From an uncultured bacterium (GTDB lineage: Bacteria > Krumholzibacteriota > Krumholzibacteriia > LZORAL124-64-63): a DNA stretch of 64,000 bases. Positions 27,933-38,729 of the stretch are shown piece by piece (position 1 is the stretch's first letter; every line of letters starts with the position of its first letter). The position numbers were made by a program, and so were the translations under genes. Location of the stretch: the NCBI GenBank assembly GCA_963732385.1, contig CAVSZB010000005.1:352001-416000 (forward strand), given 5' to 3'. The notes beneath the pieces were generated by a model. It worked only from the letters and a program-made list of their open reading frames with translations, did not search any database and had not been told where the DNA came from.

Positions 27933-29399
27933 CTATCTGCTCCCGGGCACCTCGCTCATCTTGATGCCCAGGGCTTTGGCCACACCCTCGCCGTAGGCTC
28001 GATCGGCCTTCAGGCAATTGCCGATGTGGCGAACCTTAATCTCTTTCGGCGCGTCGCCCATCGCGCGGGCAGTGTTCTCGAACAGCACTTTCTGCTGGTC
28101 AGGGCCCATGATCCGGAAAAGGTCTCCGGGCTGGGAGTAGTAGTCATCGTCGTCCTCGCGATGGCTCCAGTGGCCGGCGGTGCCGCCGAGCGCAAGCGCA
28201 GGCTCGCGGAAGTCGGGCTGCTCCTGCCACTCACCATAACCGTTGGGCTCGTAGCCGAGAGTGCCACCGTAGTTGTCGTCCACGCGCATGGCGCCATCGC
28301 GATGGAAACCGTGAACCGGGCAGCGAGCGCGGTTGACCGGAATGAGATGGTGGTTGACGCCGAGGCGGTATCGCTGGGCGTCGCCATAGGAGAAAAGCCG
28401 ACCCTGCAGCATCTTGTCAGGGGAGAAACCGATGCCAGGCACGATGTTGGCAGGGTTGAAAGCCGCCTGCTCGACCTCGGCAAAGTAGTTCTCGGGGTTC
28501 TTGTTGAGTTCCATGACGCCCACGTCGATGAGCGGATACTGCTTGTGCGGCCAGACTTTCGTCAGATCGAAGGGATTGAAGGGGAACTTGTCGGCGTGCT
28601 TCTCCGGCACCACCTGGATCTTCACATCCCACTTGGGGAAATCGCCCTTCTCCAGCGCGTCGAACAGGTCGCGCTGGTGACTCTCCCTGCACTTGCCGAT
28701 AACCGCCTCGGCCTCCTGGTCGGTGAGGGTCCTGATCCCCTGCCGGGTCTTCAGATGGAACTTGACCCAGAACCGCTCGTTTTGGGCGTTGATCAGGCTG
28801 TAGGTGTGGCTGCCATAGCCGTTCATGTGGCGATAGGAGTACGGGATCCCCCGGTCGCTCATGGTGATCGTAACCTGGTGCAGCGCCTCCGGAAGGTTGG
28901 TCCAGAAGTCCCAGTTGTTGCGGGCGCTGCGCAGATTGGTCCTGGGGTCGCGTTTCACCGCGTGGTTGAGATCCGGGAACTTGAGCGGGTCGCGCAGAAA
29001 GAAGACGGGCGTGTTGTTGCCCACGAGGTCCCAGTTCCCCTCTTCGGTGTAGAACTTCATGGCGAAACCGCGGATGTCGCGCTCAGCGTCAGCCGCACCG
29101 CGTTCGCCCGCCACGGTTGAGAAGCGCACGAAGAGGTCGGTTTTCTTGCCGACAACCGAGAAGAGCCTGGCCTTGGTGTACTCGGTGATGTTGTGCTTGA
29201 CGGTGAAGGTGCCAAAGGCGCCCGAGCCCTTGGCGTGCATGCGGCGCTCGGGAATCACCTCACGATCGAAGTGGGCGAGTTTCTCCAGGAACCAGACGTC
29301 CTGCAGCAGCGCCGGCCCGCGCGGACCAGCGGTCATGATGTTCTGGTTGTCTACAACGGGGGCTCCGGCATTGGTGGTCAGCTTCTTCTTCGCTGTCAT
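27933..29399 (-). CDS. katA: Monofunctional haem catalase (small subunit)
   Basis: [46 protein letters not shown]. Confidence 0.96.
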   Translation of the reverse strand: MTAKKKLTTNAGAPVVDNQNIMTAGPRGPALLQDVWFLEKLAHFDREVIPERRMHAKGSGAFGTFTVKHNITEYTKARLFSVVGKKTDLFVRFSTVAGERGAADAERDIRGFAMKFYTEEGNWDLVGNNTPVFFLRDPLKFPDLNHAVKRDPRTNLRSARNNWDFWTNLPEALHQVTITMSDRGIPYSYRHMNGYGSHTYSLINAQNERFWVKFHLKTRQGIRTLTDQEAEAVIGKCRESHQRDLFDALEKGDFPKWDVKIQVVPEKHADKFPFNPFDLTKVWPHKQYPLIDVGVMELNKNPENYFAEVEQAAFNPANIVPGIGFSPDKMLQGRLFSYGDAQRYRLGVNHHLIPVNRARCPVHGFHRDGAMRVDDNYGGTLGYEPNGYGEWQEQPDFREPALALGGTAGHWSHREDDDDYYSQPGDLFRIMGPDQQKVLFENTARAMGDAPKEIKVRHIGNCLKADRAYGEGVAKALGIKMSEVPGSR

Positions 29400-29712
29400 G
29401 CCTTTCTCCTGTTCTTGCCTTGCGGAATGTTGGGGTGATTGGTGAGATGTGCCTCCCGGATTTTCCGTCCGACTTTGGAGCATCGCGGACATCGCGGGGC
29501 TCCTGGATTCAAACTGACCCACTACCGCGAATTCGCCCTGCCTAACGGCGCCCTCCGCCACCAGCTCGAGGTCTGTCCCGCGACAACTAATTGTGCCGGT
29601 CACAGCTCTGGCAGGGAGGCCGGTCCACTTTCCGGAAACGGCTGGAAGTTTCTGGCAGGAACAGGCAGTGAAGCTAATCTGAGGCCTCCCTCTGCAAGCC
29701 CACGCGCCCCGT

Positions 29713-31497
29713 TCATCTCACGAGACTTAACCGCACCCCCTCCACCTTCCCCCCCGCTACCAGCCGGGCCAGGTAGCTGCCCGAGGGCGCGGAGCGGCCC
29801 GTGGCGTCTGTTCCATCCCAAACCGCCTCGTAGCTTCCCGCGGCCCGTTCCCCTTCTGCGAGGACCTTCACCAGCCGCCCGGCGACGTCGTAGACCGCCA
29901 GCCGCACGCCCCCCGCTGCCGCCAGGTCGAAGCGGATCGTGGTGCGGGGATTGAAGGGGTTGGGAGCGTTCTGGTGCAGGCGCGCCCCAGCGAACGTGGC
30001 GCCCCGCCCGGGCACCGGCGTGGCTTCGAGGCGGATCGAGAAGTCAGCCACGCGCGGGGCGTGGTCGCTCGCAACGGGGATATCGGTGGCGACCAATCCG
30101 TTGGCCGTCACCGTGGCCGGAAGCATGGTGCGCGTCTCCAGCACATAGTGGTTGTGCAGGATCAGGGCGCTGTCGGTGTAGAAGATCCAGTCGAGCAGGC
30201 CCGGATAGAACGTGCTGGTGTCGCTGCGCCAGGTGTAGCTGCCACGGCCGTCCGGGTGCCGTGACGGGGGCACGGCGAACGGGCCGCCATCCCAGTCCGG
30301 CGCCGCGTCGGCGCCCCAGGCGACCTGGTCGATGATGTTGCCGGTCAGGATCGTATCGAGCTGCTGGCGCCAGCCCACCAGGTTCATGTCGCCGGCGACG
30401 ACGAACGGCGTGCCTGGCGGCAGCGTGATGGCCCCGCCGGGCGTCTTCGCGTCGCGCAGGAAACTGATGATCGCATCGGCCTCGATCTGGCGGGCGGCAT
30501 CAGCGGTGCAACAGCGCAGGTGACAGCCGATGAACAACAGGTCGGTACTGGACGAAGGGCCCGGATCCAGCAGTACGGCAGTCTCGCGGTAGCCGGGGTT
30601 GAACTCCCAGGTCTGCAGGATCGGAAACCGGCTGCAGATCACATTGCCGCCGTCCACGCCCACGGCATACCACTGCTCGCCCGGACCGCTGGGCAGATGC
30701 TGCTCGAGCTTCGCCGCGACCTGGGCCGCCGAGTGGCTCCACACCTCGCACACCAGGAGGACGTCCGGGTCGATCGCGTCGAGGATGCGGTTCTGCGCGA
30801 GTTCGGCCGTTCCGCCGCTGAAAAGGCCGTCGTCGATGACGTTCCAGCTCGCCACCCGGATGTGGGCGGGATTGCTGCGCCCGAGCGGCAGGGTGGGCGC
30901 CACGTCGCTGCCGGCGGTGAACGTGTAGCCGATGCTCCCGGAATCGGGCGCCTTGTCGCCTGAGGTGGCGTCGCGCAGGATGAAACGCACCGCACCACCC
31001 GCCATCAGAGTGGCCCCGCCCGCGGGCACCGCGCTACGGCGCAACGCGATCTCGAACTCGTGGTTACTGACGGTCGGGCCCATCTGCAGCCCGATGTTGT
31101 CGTGGTACACCGTATAATTCGTGCCGGACGGACGGAACACGCCGTTGCGCAGGCCGAACTTCCAGTACAGCTCGGCGCCGATCCCGCCGTACGCGGCGCC
31201 GGTCGCCGCGTCAAGGTCCGTGTCCAGGTACAGCTCCATCGACTGCTGCTCGTCCGGCTGCACGTCGCCGGTCACCTCGAAGCGGATGTACAGGTAGTCC
31301 TGGTCGTTGGCCACGGAGACCGCGCCGAAGTCAACGGTTCCGCCATCGCCGAGCGCGTCCGTGTAAGACGGAACCACTTCGGCCCAGTCGCCGAAATAGC
31401 CGTCCAGCTGGATTGGCGCCAGGCCGGCGGACGCCGGCAGGACACCGACCAGCGCAAGGGCGGCCACAACCAGGAAGGTGCGTGAAGGACGCGGCAT
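29713..31497 (-). CDS. Secreted endonuclease/exonuclease/phosphatase-family protein with C-terminal FlgD-Ig domain
   Basis: Signal peptide; SWNV, CEV, GDMN, LDWI, SDH motifs; [10 protein letters not shown]...WDG.D..G..SGSY tail. Confidence 0.85.
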   Translation of the reverse strand: MPRPSRTFLVVAALALVGVLPASAGLAPIQLDGYFGDWAEVVPSYTDALGDGGTVDFGAVSVANDQDYLYIRFEVTGDVQPDEQQSMELYLDTDLDAATGAAYGGIGAELYWKFGLRNGVFRPSGTNYTVYHDNIGLQMGPTVSNHEFEIALRRSAVPAGGATLMAGGAVRFILRDATSGDKAPDSGSIGYTFTAGSDVAPTLPLGRSNPAHIRVASWNVIDDGLFSGGTAELAQNRILDAIDPDVLLVCEVWSHSAAQVAAKLEQHLPSGPGEQWYAVGVDGGNVICSRFPILQTWEFNPGYRETAVLLDPGPSSSTDLLFIGCHLRCCTADAARQIEADAIISFLRDAKTPGGAITLPPGTPFVVAGDMNLVGWRQQLDTILTGNIIDQVAWGADAAPDWDGGPFAVPPSRHPDGRGSYTWRSDTSTFYPGLLDWIFYTDSALILHNHYVLETRTMLPATVTANGLVATDIPVASDHAPRVADFSIRLEATPVPGRGATFAGARLHQNAPNPFNPRTTIRFDLAAAGGVRLAVYDVAGRLVKVLAEGERAAGSYEAVWDGTDATGRSAPSGSYLARLVAGGKVEGVRLSLVR

Positions 31498-31713
31498 GCA
31501 GGACACGGCTTCCCCTTCTCGGCCAGCTTCGGGATCATGAATCCGCAATTCTATCACAGCCTCCCCCATGAACGGGGAGATTCACGAACCGGGACGCTCC
31601 TGCGTTAGCGCCTCGCGTCACCTTCTGTATCTTGGCAGACATGGTTCCGGCGTGTCGGTACCGACCGTGCGCCCACAATCCCTCGGGCTATCCGTCCGAC
31701 GAAAGGTCCAATC

Positions 31714-32196
31714 ATGAAGAAGGTAGCGGACATCGTGAAGGTCGCCATCGAGAACGAGGTCAAGGCGAAGGCGTTCTATGCCCGGGCGGCGCAGATCGCA
31801 AGCCAGGGCGAGTCGCAGATGGTCTTCCTGGAATTCACCGAGATGGAAGATGGGCACGCCAGGCTGCTTGTGGACCGTTTCGGCCCCCTGCTGCTCGCGG
31901 ACGGCACTGAGCCTCGGCCGTTCCTTCAGCGGCTCGAGGACACGGTCGTCAACCTGCCTGCCGGCGAGGAATTCGCCCTCATCGAGCGCGGCGAGATGCG
32001 CCTGGTCATCGAGTTTGCGATCGGCATGGAAGCGCGCGCCCGTGATGCCTACCGCACCCTCGGCGCGCAGCTCACCGACCCCGACCTGCAGGCCCTCTGC
32101 GAAGATCTGGCGCTGGAAGAGCAGAAGCACCATGATACGCTGCGCACCTTGCGCGTCTCGGTCGATACGGAGATCGAGGACCGTCCGGCGCTCTAG
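31714..32196 (+). CDS. Ferritin-like/rubrerythrin family protein
   Basis: Duplicated AI..E....FY / E..H and AI.ME...Y / E.KH di-iron helices. Confidence 0.85.
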   Translation: MKKVADIVKVAIENEVKAKAFYARAAQIASQGESQMVFLEFTEMEDGHARLLVDRFGPLLLADGTEPRPFLQRLEDTVVNLPAGEEFALIERGEMRLVIEFAIGMEARARDAYRTLGAQLTDPDLQALCEDLALEEQKHHDTLRTLRVSVDTEIEDRPAL

Positions 32197-32491
32197 CCCA
32201 TGTCCCTGCCCGTAGCTCTGTCGGGGGGGCCGGGCGGGCACGGACCCTTCAGGGGATGGACGGCTCCCCACTCCCCGTGGCCTGGAGAATGTCAGGGGCA
32301 CCAGGGCGCCATCATTCAGCGGCCCGATCGGGTCGTGTCCGCCATTGAATCGGCCCAAATACTGTTCTACTCTCGCGTCGATCGGTCCCTGTGCCTTTAG
32401 CTGAGCCGTCCAAAACCCGCTCCCATTGCGACGGATGTGTTTTGGGGACAGGCACAACTACTGGGTCGGCACAGAGGTGGAAAGCGGTAAC

Positions 32492-33187
32492 ATGGCGGGA
32501 TTGATTCTTCTGCTGGCCGTGGTCCTGGCGTCCTATGTGGGCGTGAGGGCTGGCGCCGTCGCCCTGGAACTCACCGGCATGAGTCCCGAGAAGGCGCGCT
32601 TCCAGGCTCTTTCCGCCTTCACGAACACCGGATTCACAACCACGGATGCGGAAGACGTCGTGAGTGTGCCGATCCGCCGCAAGATCATCTCGTTCCTGAT
32701 CATTCTGGGGCACGCCGGGACAGTTTCAGTCATGGCCACTCTGGCGACATCCCTCCTTCAGCGCGATTTCTACCACTTTAGCCTCAACGTCCTGATCCTC
32801 GCCGCCGCCCTTTTCGGATTCTACCGGCTCGCTCAGTCGCAGGGAATCACCAGCCGCATGAGCCGCCTGCTGCGCCGCTGGATTCGCCGCCGCTACCATA
32901 TCGAGGTTCCCGCGGTGGACGAGCTGCTGAACATTGCCGAAGGGTTCGGTGTCGTGCGGGTGACGCTGGATGCCCAATCCCCATTTTTAGGCAAGCCGCT
33001 GCGGGAATTGGATCTGAAGGCCCGCAAGATCCAGATCCTCTCCATATCCCGCTCAGGCGAAGTCACTGCTGTTCCGAAAGGAGACTCCATTCTGGAGCCT
33101 GGCGACCAGGTGATTTGCTATGGCAGCGTGTCAGCGATCGAAGAGTCCTTGCGAAGTGTGTCGACGGAAACCCGGCCCGGCAGTTGA
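32492..33187 (+). CDS. Membrane protein with C-terminal TrkA-C (RCK-C) domain
   Basis: ALELTG..ARFQALSAFT.TGFTT and LGKPLRELDL..ILSI.R..PKGD..L.PGD. Confidence 0.85.
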   Translation: MAGLILLLAVVLASYVGVRAGAVALELTGMSPEKARFQALSAFTNTGFTTTDAEDVVSVPIRRKIISFLIILGHAGTVSVMATLATSLLQRDFYHFSLNVLILAAALFGFYRLAQSQGITSRMSRLLRRWIRRRYHIEVPAVDELLNIAEGFGVVRVTLDAQSPFLGKPLRELDLKARKIQILSISRSGEVTAVPKGDSILEPGDQVICYGSVSAIEESLRSVSTETRPGS

Positions 33188-33613
33188 GCGGCGGCGGGGC
33201 TCGTCGGGTTCGGGTGTAATTTAAGATCTTCCTTCCGCTTCTCGCCAGCAGCGATGATGCAGGCCGCCGAGCACGATCACATGGTCGAGACACCCCCGCC
33301 GGATCGAGCCGGTCACCAGCTCATATTACCCATTCTACCCCGGCTACGCAGTGACGTTGAGGCAGGCGTGCAGGACATGTTTCAACCTGGGGCGCCACGC
33401 TATGGTCGCCTGGACGTAAGTGCAGCCGAGGCAAAACGGACGAAGTAATCAGCAGGCACAACGCCGCCAAGCAGTCCGGACGCGACCGCCTGGTCGCCGC
33501 TCAGGCCAGGGCCTGAGCGGCCTGACCGCGCGGGCGCTCGCGTGACCCGGGATTATCCTGCCCGGGCGATTATTGAGATTGCGCTAGCGCTTGCGGTGGA
33601 CCAAGTTCCTGGC

Positions 33614-34015
33614 ATGGTAATCCAGCACCTCGGCCAGGAAGTCCGTCGCCGGCGCCTTGAGGCGGGCATCACGCTGCGCGGACTCGCGCTGAAACTGGGT
33701 ATATCGGCCGCGCATCTCTCCGATATCGAGCACAATCGCCGCCGTCCCTCCGAAACACTCCTCCAGAAGATAGCCGGTGAACTGCGGGTAGTCGGGGCGA
33801 CGTTCGCCTCGCTCGAGATGCTCGTGACCGGGCTGGATCAGGAAACGCGCGAGTGGGCCGCCACGACCCCGGGCGCCCGCGCGGTGCTGCGCCGGGTGCT
33901 GGAATCGGGTCGCAGCCCCGACGAAATCGTGCGCCTGCTGGACAAGGCCTTCGGGCGCATGAGCGCCGCGAAGGGCCGGAAACCGGGCAACGCCGCGCGG
34001 AAGCGCAAGGGCTGA
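33614..34015 (+). CDS. XRE-family HTH regulator
   Basis: TLRGLA..LGISAAHLSDIEHNRRRPS. Confidence 0.85.
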   Translation: MVIQHLGQEVRRRRLEAGITLRGLALKLGISAAHLSDIEHNRRRPSETLLQKIAGELRVVGATFASLEMLVTGLDQETREWAATTPGARAVLRRVLESGRSPDEIVRLLDKAFGRMSAAKGRKPGNAARKRKG

Positions 34016-34096
34016 CGCGCGAACATCGGACCCGCCCCTTCCCGCCCATTCTCTCGAGTCAGCAAACCCGCAGCGGGCGGCTTGTTATTGTTAGCA

Positions 34097-34110
34097 ATGT
34101 TAGCTAACAT
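34097..34110. promoter_or_regulatory. Perfect palindrome, candidate operator
   Basis: ATGTTAGCTAACAT with an extra TGTTAGC half-site just upstream, 7 bp before the second XRE start. Confidence 0.55.
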
Positions 34111-34117
34111 GATATGC

Positions 34118-34495
34118 ATGAGCACCACGAGCCTGAGCCTGGAGATTCGGCGACTGCGGGAACAGTCGGGTTTCACCCTGCGCGGGCTTGGGGCGCTGCT
34201 GGGGGTCTCGGCCTCGCATCTGTCGGACATCGAGCACGACCGGCGCCGTCCTTCGGAAAGGCTCCTCAGGGGAATCGCGCACGAGCTGCGGGCGACCGGC
34301 ACGACCTTCGAGGCGCTCGAGGTGCATCTCACCGGGATCGACGCCGAAACGCTCGAATGGGCCTCGGCCACGCCCGGCGTCCGCATGCTGTTCCGCCGGT
34401 TGCGCGAATCGGGCCTACGCCCTCTGGAGTTGCTGCGCACCCTCGAGAAAGCTCTTGCCCGCCTGGGCCGCGGCAGGACGCGGAATGGACGCTGA
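34118..34495 (+). CDS. XRE-family HTH regulator (paralogue of the upstream gene)
   Basis: TLRGLG.LLGVSASHLSDIEHDRRRPS; shares TG.D.ET.EWA..TPG.R. Confidence 0.85.
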   Translation: MSTTSLSLEIRRLREQSGFTLRGLGALLGVSASHLSDIEHDRRRPSERLLRGIAHELRATGTTFEALEVHLTGIDAETLEWASATPGVRMLFRRLRESGLRPLELLRTLEKALARLGRGRTRNGR

Positions 34496-34908
34496 GCGGG
34501 CCGGCGTCGTCGCATGACCCGCACGGCCGGGGAATGGCTTCGTCGTCACCTTCAGGTTCCACCCGCAGCGAGGCGCTCCCGCCGTGCGCCTAACCCGCCC
34601 GGCGGGCAGGCCGCTCGCGGAGACCGGCCGGCTCACGACTGAATTGGCCCCACGTCAAACGCACTTGATCTTCGGTGCGATCCCGACGCAATGACCCTCT
34701 CCGACCGCGACTGCGCGCTTTCCTCCGCCCCCCGTTCCCCCGATGGACCGCCAGCCGGCGAACGCAGCCGCCGGGTGCCGGAATATCGCTGGAGCACTGC
34801 GATTGTACGCGGTGTATGCTTACATCACATACACAACGGCAGCAGGCCGAGGCTCGCGGTCCATCGACATCCGCAGCGGGACCGCGAGGAGAACCAGGGG
34901 GCGAAGTC

Positions 34909-35268
34909 ATGAAAGCGACCCTGACGAGCCTGAAGCGCCGCGAGGAACCGGGTCTGCGGGTCTATCTGCGGACTATCGCGCGGTACCCCTCGCTGACGCC
35001 GGCGGAGGAATCCCAGCTGCTGATCGAGATCCGGGGGGGCGCCCGCGAGCCGCTCGACGCGCTGATCAACGCGAACCTGCGCCATGTGGCGGGTATCGCC
35101 GGGGAGTTTCTCGACCGGGGCCTGACCTGCCTGGACCTGATCGCCGAAGGGACCGTGGCGCTGATCCGGGCGGCCAGGCTATTCGACCCGTGCAGCCTTT
35201 CCTCCTTCGCTCAATTCGCGGATGGCCGGATCCGGCTGACGATCCTGGATGCGATCGTCGCCCTGTGA
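34909..35268 (+). CDS. Truncated sigma-70-like protein (regions 1.2 and 2 only), possibly a pseudogene
   Basis: LRVYL..I.RYP.LT..EE, LINANLR.V..IA...RGL..LDLI.EG...LIRAA..FDP; stops before regions 3/4. Confidence 0.65.
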   Translation: MKATLTSLKRREEPGLRVYLRTIARYPSLTPAEESQLLIEIRGGAREPLDALINANLRHVAGIAGEFLDRGLTCLDLIAEGTVALIRAARLFDPCSLSSFAQFADGRIRLTILDAIVAL

Positions 35269-35269
35269 A

Positions 35270-35400
35270 CGCGTTGGGCACGTCGTGGCGTTGCGCGTCG
35301 CCTTCTCGGCCGTGACGATCTTCCCCTGCGGGTACTTTGCCTCGACGGCCGCCTTCACGGGCGCGGGCAGACTGGCTGGCTCGACCCCCTGTGCCTGCAA
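35270..35400 (-). pseudogene. PepSY-like domain fragment
   Basis: SLPAPVKAAVEAKYPQGKI..AEK; no signal peptide or credible start; abuts an IS-end relic at 35390. Confidence 0.4.
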
Positions 35401-35570
35401 ATAACTCCGTCCGCCCTGCCCTGGTTGCAGTTACGGCCAGCAGAGAATGCCCGGACCACCTCGCCTCCCGCGCCAGCGGCGAGCCTCGGGGGCGCAGGTC
35501 ATTTAGCGGGAGAATCCCGGGACGCTTCCCCTTCACCCCCGCGCTGGTCGATTCGGGACAGGGGGGCTAC

Positions 35571-36345
35571 CTATGAGTTCGTCAAGCGTGTTGTGACCTC
35601 CCTCTGCATCTTCTTGTCTTTCGCGAGATTGCCCGACGCGTTGGCGATCCGGGTTCGCGTACGGCGGTTGTTGGCCGCGGCGCGGCGCTCGCCGGGCGAG
35701 GCATCGCGCAGGGCTGGCAGTCCGGCCTCGGCGTAGACCTCCTCGATGGTCTGTGGGATCACGCGGGCGCGGGGGCGATCGGTCGACACCTTCGACAACT
35801 TGATCCGTGTCCGGGGCAGGGGCGCGTATCGGTACGGCTCGCGCTTGGTGAGGAGCTGCCAGACGACGTGGATGAGCTTACGCGCCAATGCGGTGACGGC
35901 GACGTTGTGACCGCGCTTGTGAAGAACGCGGTAGTAGGTGGCCGCCAGGGGCGAAGAGCTCCGCGCCAGGACCTGGGCGGCCTCGATGGCGAGGGAGCGA
36001 CCGGTGCTGTTGCCGGCCTTGGTGATGCTGCCGTGGAAGCAGCGGTCGGCCGACTGCCGGACGCGCGGGACGAGGCCGAAGTAGGAAGCCAGCTTCTGTG
36101 GCGACGGAAAGCGTTGGATGTCGTCGATGGCGGCGAGCAGGCCGATGGCCACGATGACATCGATACCGGGGATAGTCATCAGGAGCTTGGCTGACTCGGA
36201 GATCGTGGCGTGGCGGAGAAGTTGTTCGTCGACCCCGGCAACGCGGATCTCGATCTGCTCGAGGAGATCGAGTGCGTTGTCGAGCATGAACCGCTCGGCG
36301 GGCAGGAGCGCCAGTTCCCGCATCCAGCGGCGGGTCTTCAGGGCA
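35571..36345 (-). pseudogene. IS110-family transposase, 5'-truncated
   Basis: LMTIPGI..IVA, RFPSPQKLASYFGLVP..RQS, ITKAGN, ALARKL; N-terminal DEDD domain absent. Confidence 0.8.
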
Positions 36346-36376
36346 AAGGGCGTCCAGCCTGCCGGAAGAGGGATGA

Positions 36377-37426
36377 GCCGAGCGCTGGGAAGCGCTATTC
36401 GGGCCCTATGCCTCCACCGGTCTGACGCCAGCCCGAGTTGCGCGAAGTGATCGCGGCGGCGCGCTTGTCCTCACGGCGACCGGTATTTCACGAGCCAAGC
36501 CCTCCGTCCGCCTCCTCAAGGCGGCGACTGGCCCCGGCGACCTGCCGGCGGTCGGAGATTGGGTGGCCATCCAGATGGCGCCCGATCTGGACGTTGCTCA
36601 GATGGACGCCGTGCTTCCGCGCACGAGCGTGCTCGCGCGCGGCGACGCGGGAAGGACTTCGAACCTCCAGGTGCTGGCGGCCAACATTGATGTTGTGTTC
36701 ATCATCCATCCCATCGATGACCAGCCGAACTTGCGCCGCATCGAACGCGAATTGTCCCTCGCCTGGGAGTCAGGCGCTGTCCCCGTGGTGGTGCTCACCA
36801 AGGCGGATCTTTCCAGCGATGTCGAATCGGCCCGAACTGCGGTCGAGTCCGCGGCGGTCGGCGTGGATGTTCTCGTTGCCAACGCACTCGCTGCGCAAGG
36901 TCTCGAACCGCTCCTCGCCCGTATCTCTCAACATCGCACCGCCGTGCTCATCGGCCCATCGGGAGCCGGGAAGTCCACCCTCATCAACGGGCTGCTCGGG
37001 GAACAGCGGCAGGCCACTCGCGAGGTGCGCTTGAGTGACGGACGCGGGCGACACACGACCGTGGCGCGCGAGCTGATCCAGGTGCCTCGCGGCGGCCTGC
37101 TCATCGACACGCCCGGCCTGCGTTCTCTCTCCCTGACAGGATCAGAGACAGGCATCGCTTCGACCTTCCCCGATATCGACGGTATCGCGCGTTCCTGCCG
37201 GTTCAGAGATTGCGCCCATATGGACGAGCCCGAATGTGCGGTGCGAGACGCAATCGCCTCTGGCACGCTGTCCGCCGACAGATTGAGCAGCTACCACAAA
37301 CTCATCCGCGAAGCACAAATCGCGACGGCGAAGTCGGATTCCCGCCTCCGGGCCGAGGAAAAGCGCAAGCAAAGGATCTTCGGCAAGACAGTCAAGAACT
37401 TCCACAAGAAGACGGGGCGCAGTTAG
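36377..37426 (+). CDS. rsgA: Ribosome small subunit-dependent GTPase RsgA, apparently lacking its start
   Basis: PAVGDWV, LAANID, TKAD, GPSGAGKST, GRHTT, DTPG, CRFRDC.H..EP.C; frame is open back to a TGA at 36374 with no ATG/RBS. Confidence 0.85.
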   Translation, partial: AERWEALFGPYASTGLTPARVARSDRGGALVLTATGISRAKPSVRLLKAATGPGDLPAVGDWVAIQMAPDLDVAQMDAVLPRTSVLARGDAGRTSNLQVLAANIDVVFIIHPIDDQPNLRRIERELSLAWESGAVPVVVLTKADLSSDVESARTAVESAAVGVDVLVANALAAQGLEPLLARISQHRTAVLIGPSGAGKSTLINGLLGEQRQATREVRLSDGRGRHTTVARELIQVPRGGLLIDTPGLRSLSLTGSETGIASTFPDIDGIARSCRFRDCAHMDEPECAVRDAIASGTLSADRLSSYHKLIREAQIATAKSDSRLRAEEKRKQRIFGKTVKNFHKKTGRS

Positions 37427-37561
37427 CGCCATGGTCTGTGCTTCCGGTCCTGCGCCAATGGGGCGAAGCCGCGCATCGACCCGGCTCGATTCGCCCGCCA
37501 GCTGTTCGCGAAGCACCGGCTGTGCCTCGCCCCGTGCGATCATTCAAGCTCCCCGTCCCGC

Positions 37562-38668
37562 TCAGCGCACAAGACTTAACCGCACCCCCTCCACCTTCCC
37601 CCCCGCGACCAGTCGGGCCAGGTAGCTGCCCGAGGGCACTGCCCGGCCTGCCGCATCTCTGCCGTCCCAAGCCGCCTCGTGGCTGCCCGCCGCGATTTCT
37701 CCCTCTACGAGGACCCGGACCAGCCGCCCGGCGACGTCGTAGATGGCGAGGCGGACATGACCCACTGCTGGCAATTCGAAGCGGATCGTGGTGCGGGGGT
37801 TGAAGGGGTTGGGATGATTCTGCAACAGACGCGGCGCGGTCAGCAGAGGCGTTCCGTCGGAGATGCCAGTGGGGAGGCCGGGAAAGGCCCCCGATTCCGA
37901 GGTCCAGGTAACGCCCGGAGTGACCTGGAGGTGGGTGATCTTCAGGCCGTCAGTGAAATCGAAGTCCCCGGCCCCGGTCACGTAGCCGTCGTCCGTAAGG
38001 TAAGCCACGGACCAAGTAATGCCGGAGTTGATCGACGCGTACAGCGTATAGCTGTATTCCCGTTGGCTGGCCAGCGTAGTTCCCGGCAGGACCATTTGCA
38101 CGGTGAGCAGAAAGGGTTCGTCGATCTGAATCGTGCCCGCCTCAGTGATGCCCACCTCCTGCAGCCCCGTATCGAAAACCTGGGAATACAGGGAAACCCG
38201 GCAACTGACCCGGGATCCTGCCCCGACATCGGAGACGACCGTGCCGGTCGCCCGGCCCCCGATGGAGACCTGCACACCGTCGGGGTAGTATCCGGCGGGA
38301 ACGGTGAAGATCAACTTGTCCCGGAACGCGATAGACACATCACTTCTACTGAGATGAATGTCACTGCTGGTGCCGCTGGGACCCGTCTGCGTACCGAGGG
38401 CATGGGCCCGGGAGCTGACCGTGGCGGTGAGCAGGTTGGCGTAAAACACCGCCGAACCGTAGTTCCCGAATCCGCCGAGCTTGGTGTAATCACCATCAAC
38501 GTAGGTCTGGCCGGCGAGAATTGCGTCGTCCATGAGGGGAATTCCGTCACTGTCCGCGGCGGAGACGTAGTAGTCGTAGATGACATCGTAAGCAACGGCC
38601 GGAGAGGCCAATACCCAGAGCAGGAACAGGACCCCCCCGATGCATGATTTAATACTTTCGTGTCTCAT
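37562..38668 (-). CDS. Secreted protein with C-terminal FlgD-Ig domain
   Basis: Signal peptide, [18 protein letters not shown] tail. Confidence 0.8.
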   Translation of the reverse strand: MRHESIKSCIGGVLFLLWVLASPAVAYDVIYDYYVSAADSDGIPLMDDAILAGQTYVDGDYTKLGGFGNYGSAVFYANLLTATVSSRAHALGTQTGPSGTSSDIHLSRSDVSIAFRDKLIFTVPAGYYPDGVQVSIGGRATGTVVSDVGAGSRVSCRVSLYSQVFDTGLQEVGITEAGTIQIDEPFLLTVQMVLPGTTLASQREYSYTLYASINSGITWSVAYLTDDGYVTGAGDFDFTDGLKITHLQVTPGVTWTSESGAFPGLPTGISDGTPLLTAPRLLQNHPNPFNPRTTIRFELPAVGHVRLAIYDVAGRLVRVLVEGEIAAGSHEAAWDGRDAAGRAVPSGSYLARLVAGGKVEGVRLSLVR

Positions 38669-38729
38669 GACATTCCTCCTGTGCGTAACAACAAGAATAA
38701 CCGCCGGCTCTCACCCCGCCCTCGATCCC

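Noticed and set aside
32200..32490. c-di-AMP (ydaO) riboswitch before the TrkA-C protein
   Set aside because: Conserved ydaO sequence blocks not recognisable
33254..33448. 64-aa ORF MMQAAEHDHMVET...
   Set aside because: Looks like decayed mobile-element-associated sequence; no RBS or domain
36374..36376. In-frame TGA read as Trp/Sec (recoding)
   Set aside because: TGA is used as the normal stop throughout the window and no SECIS-like hairpin is evident
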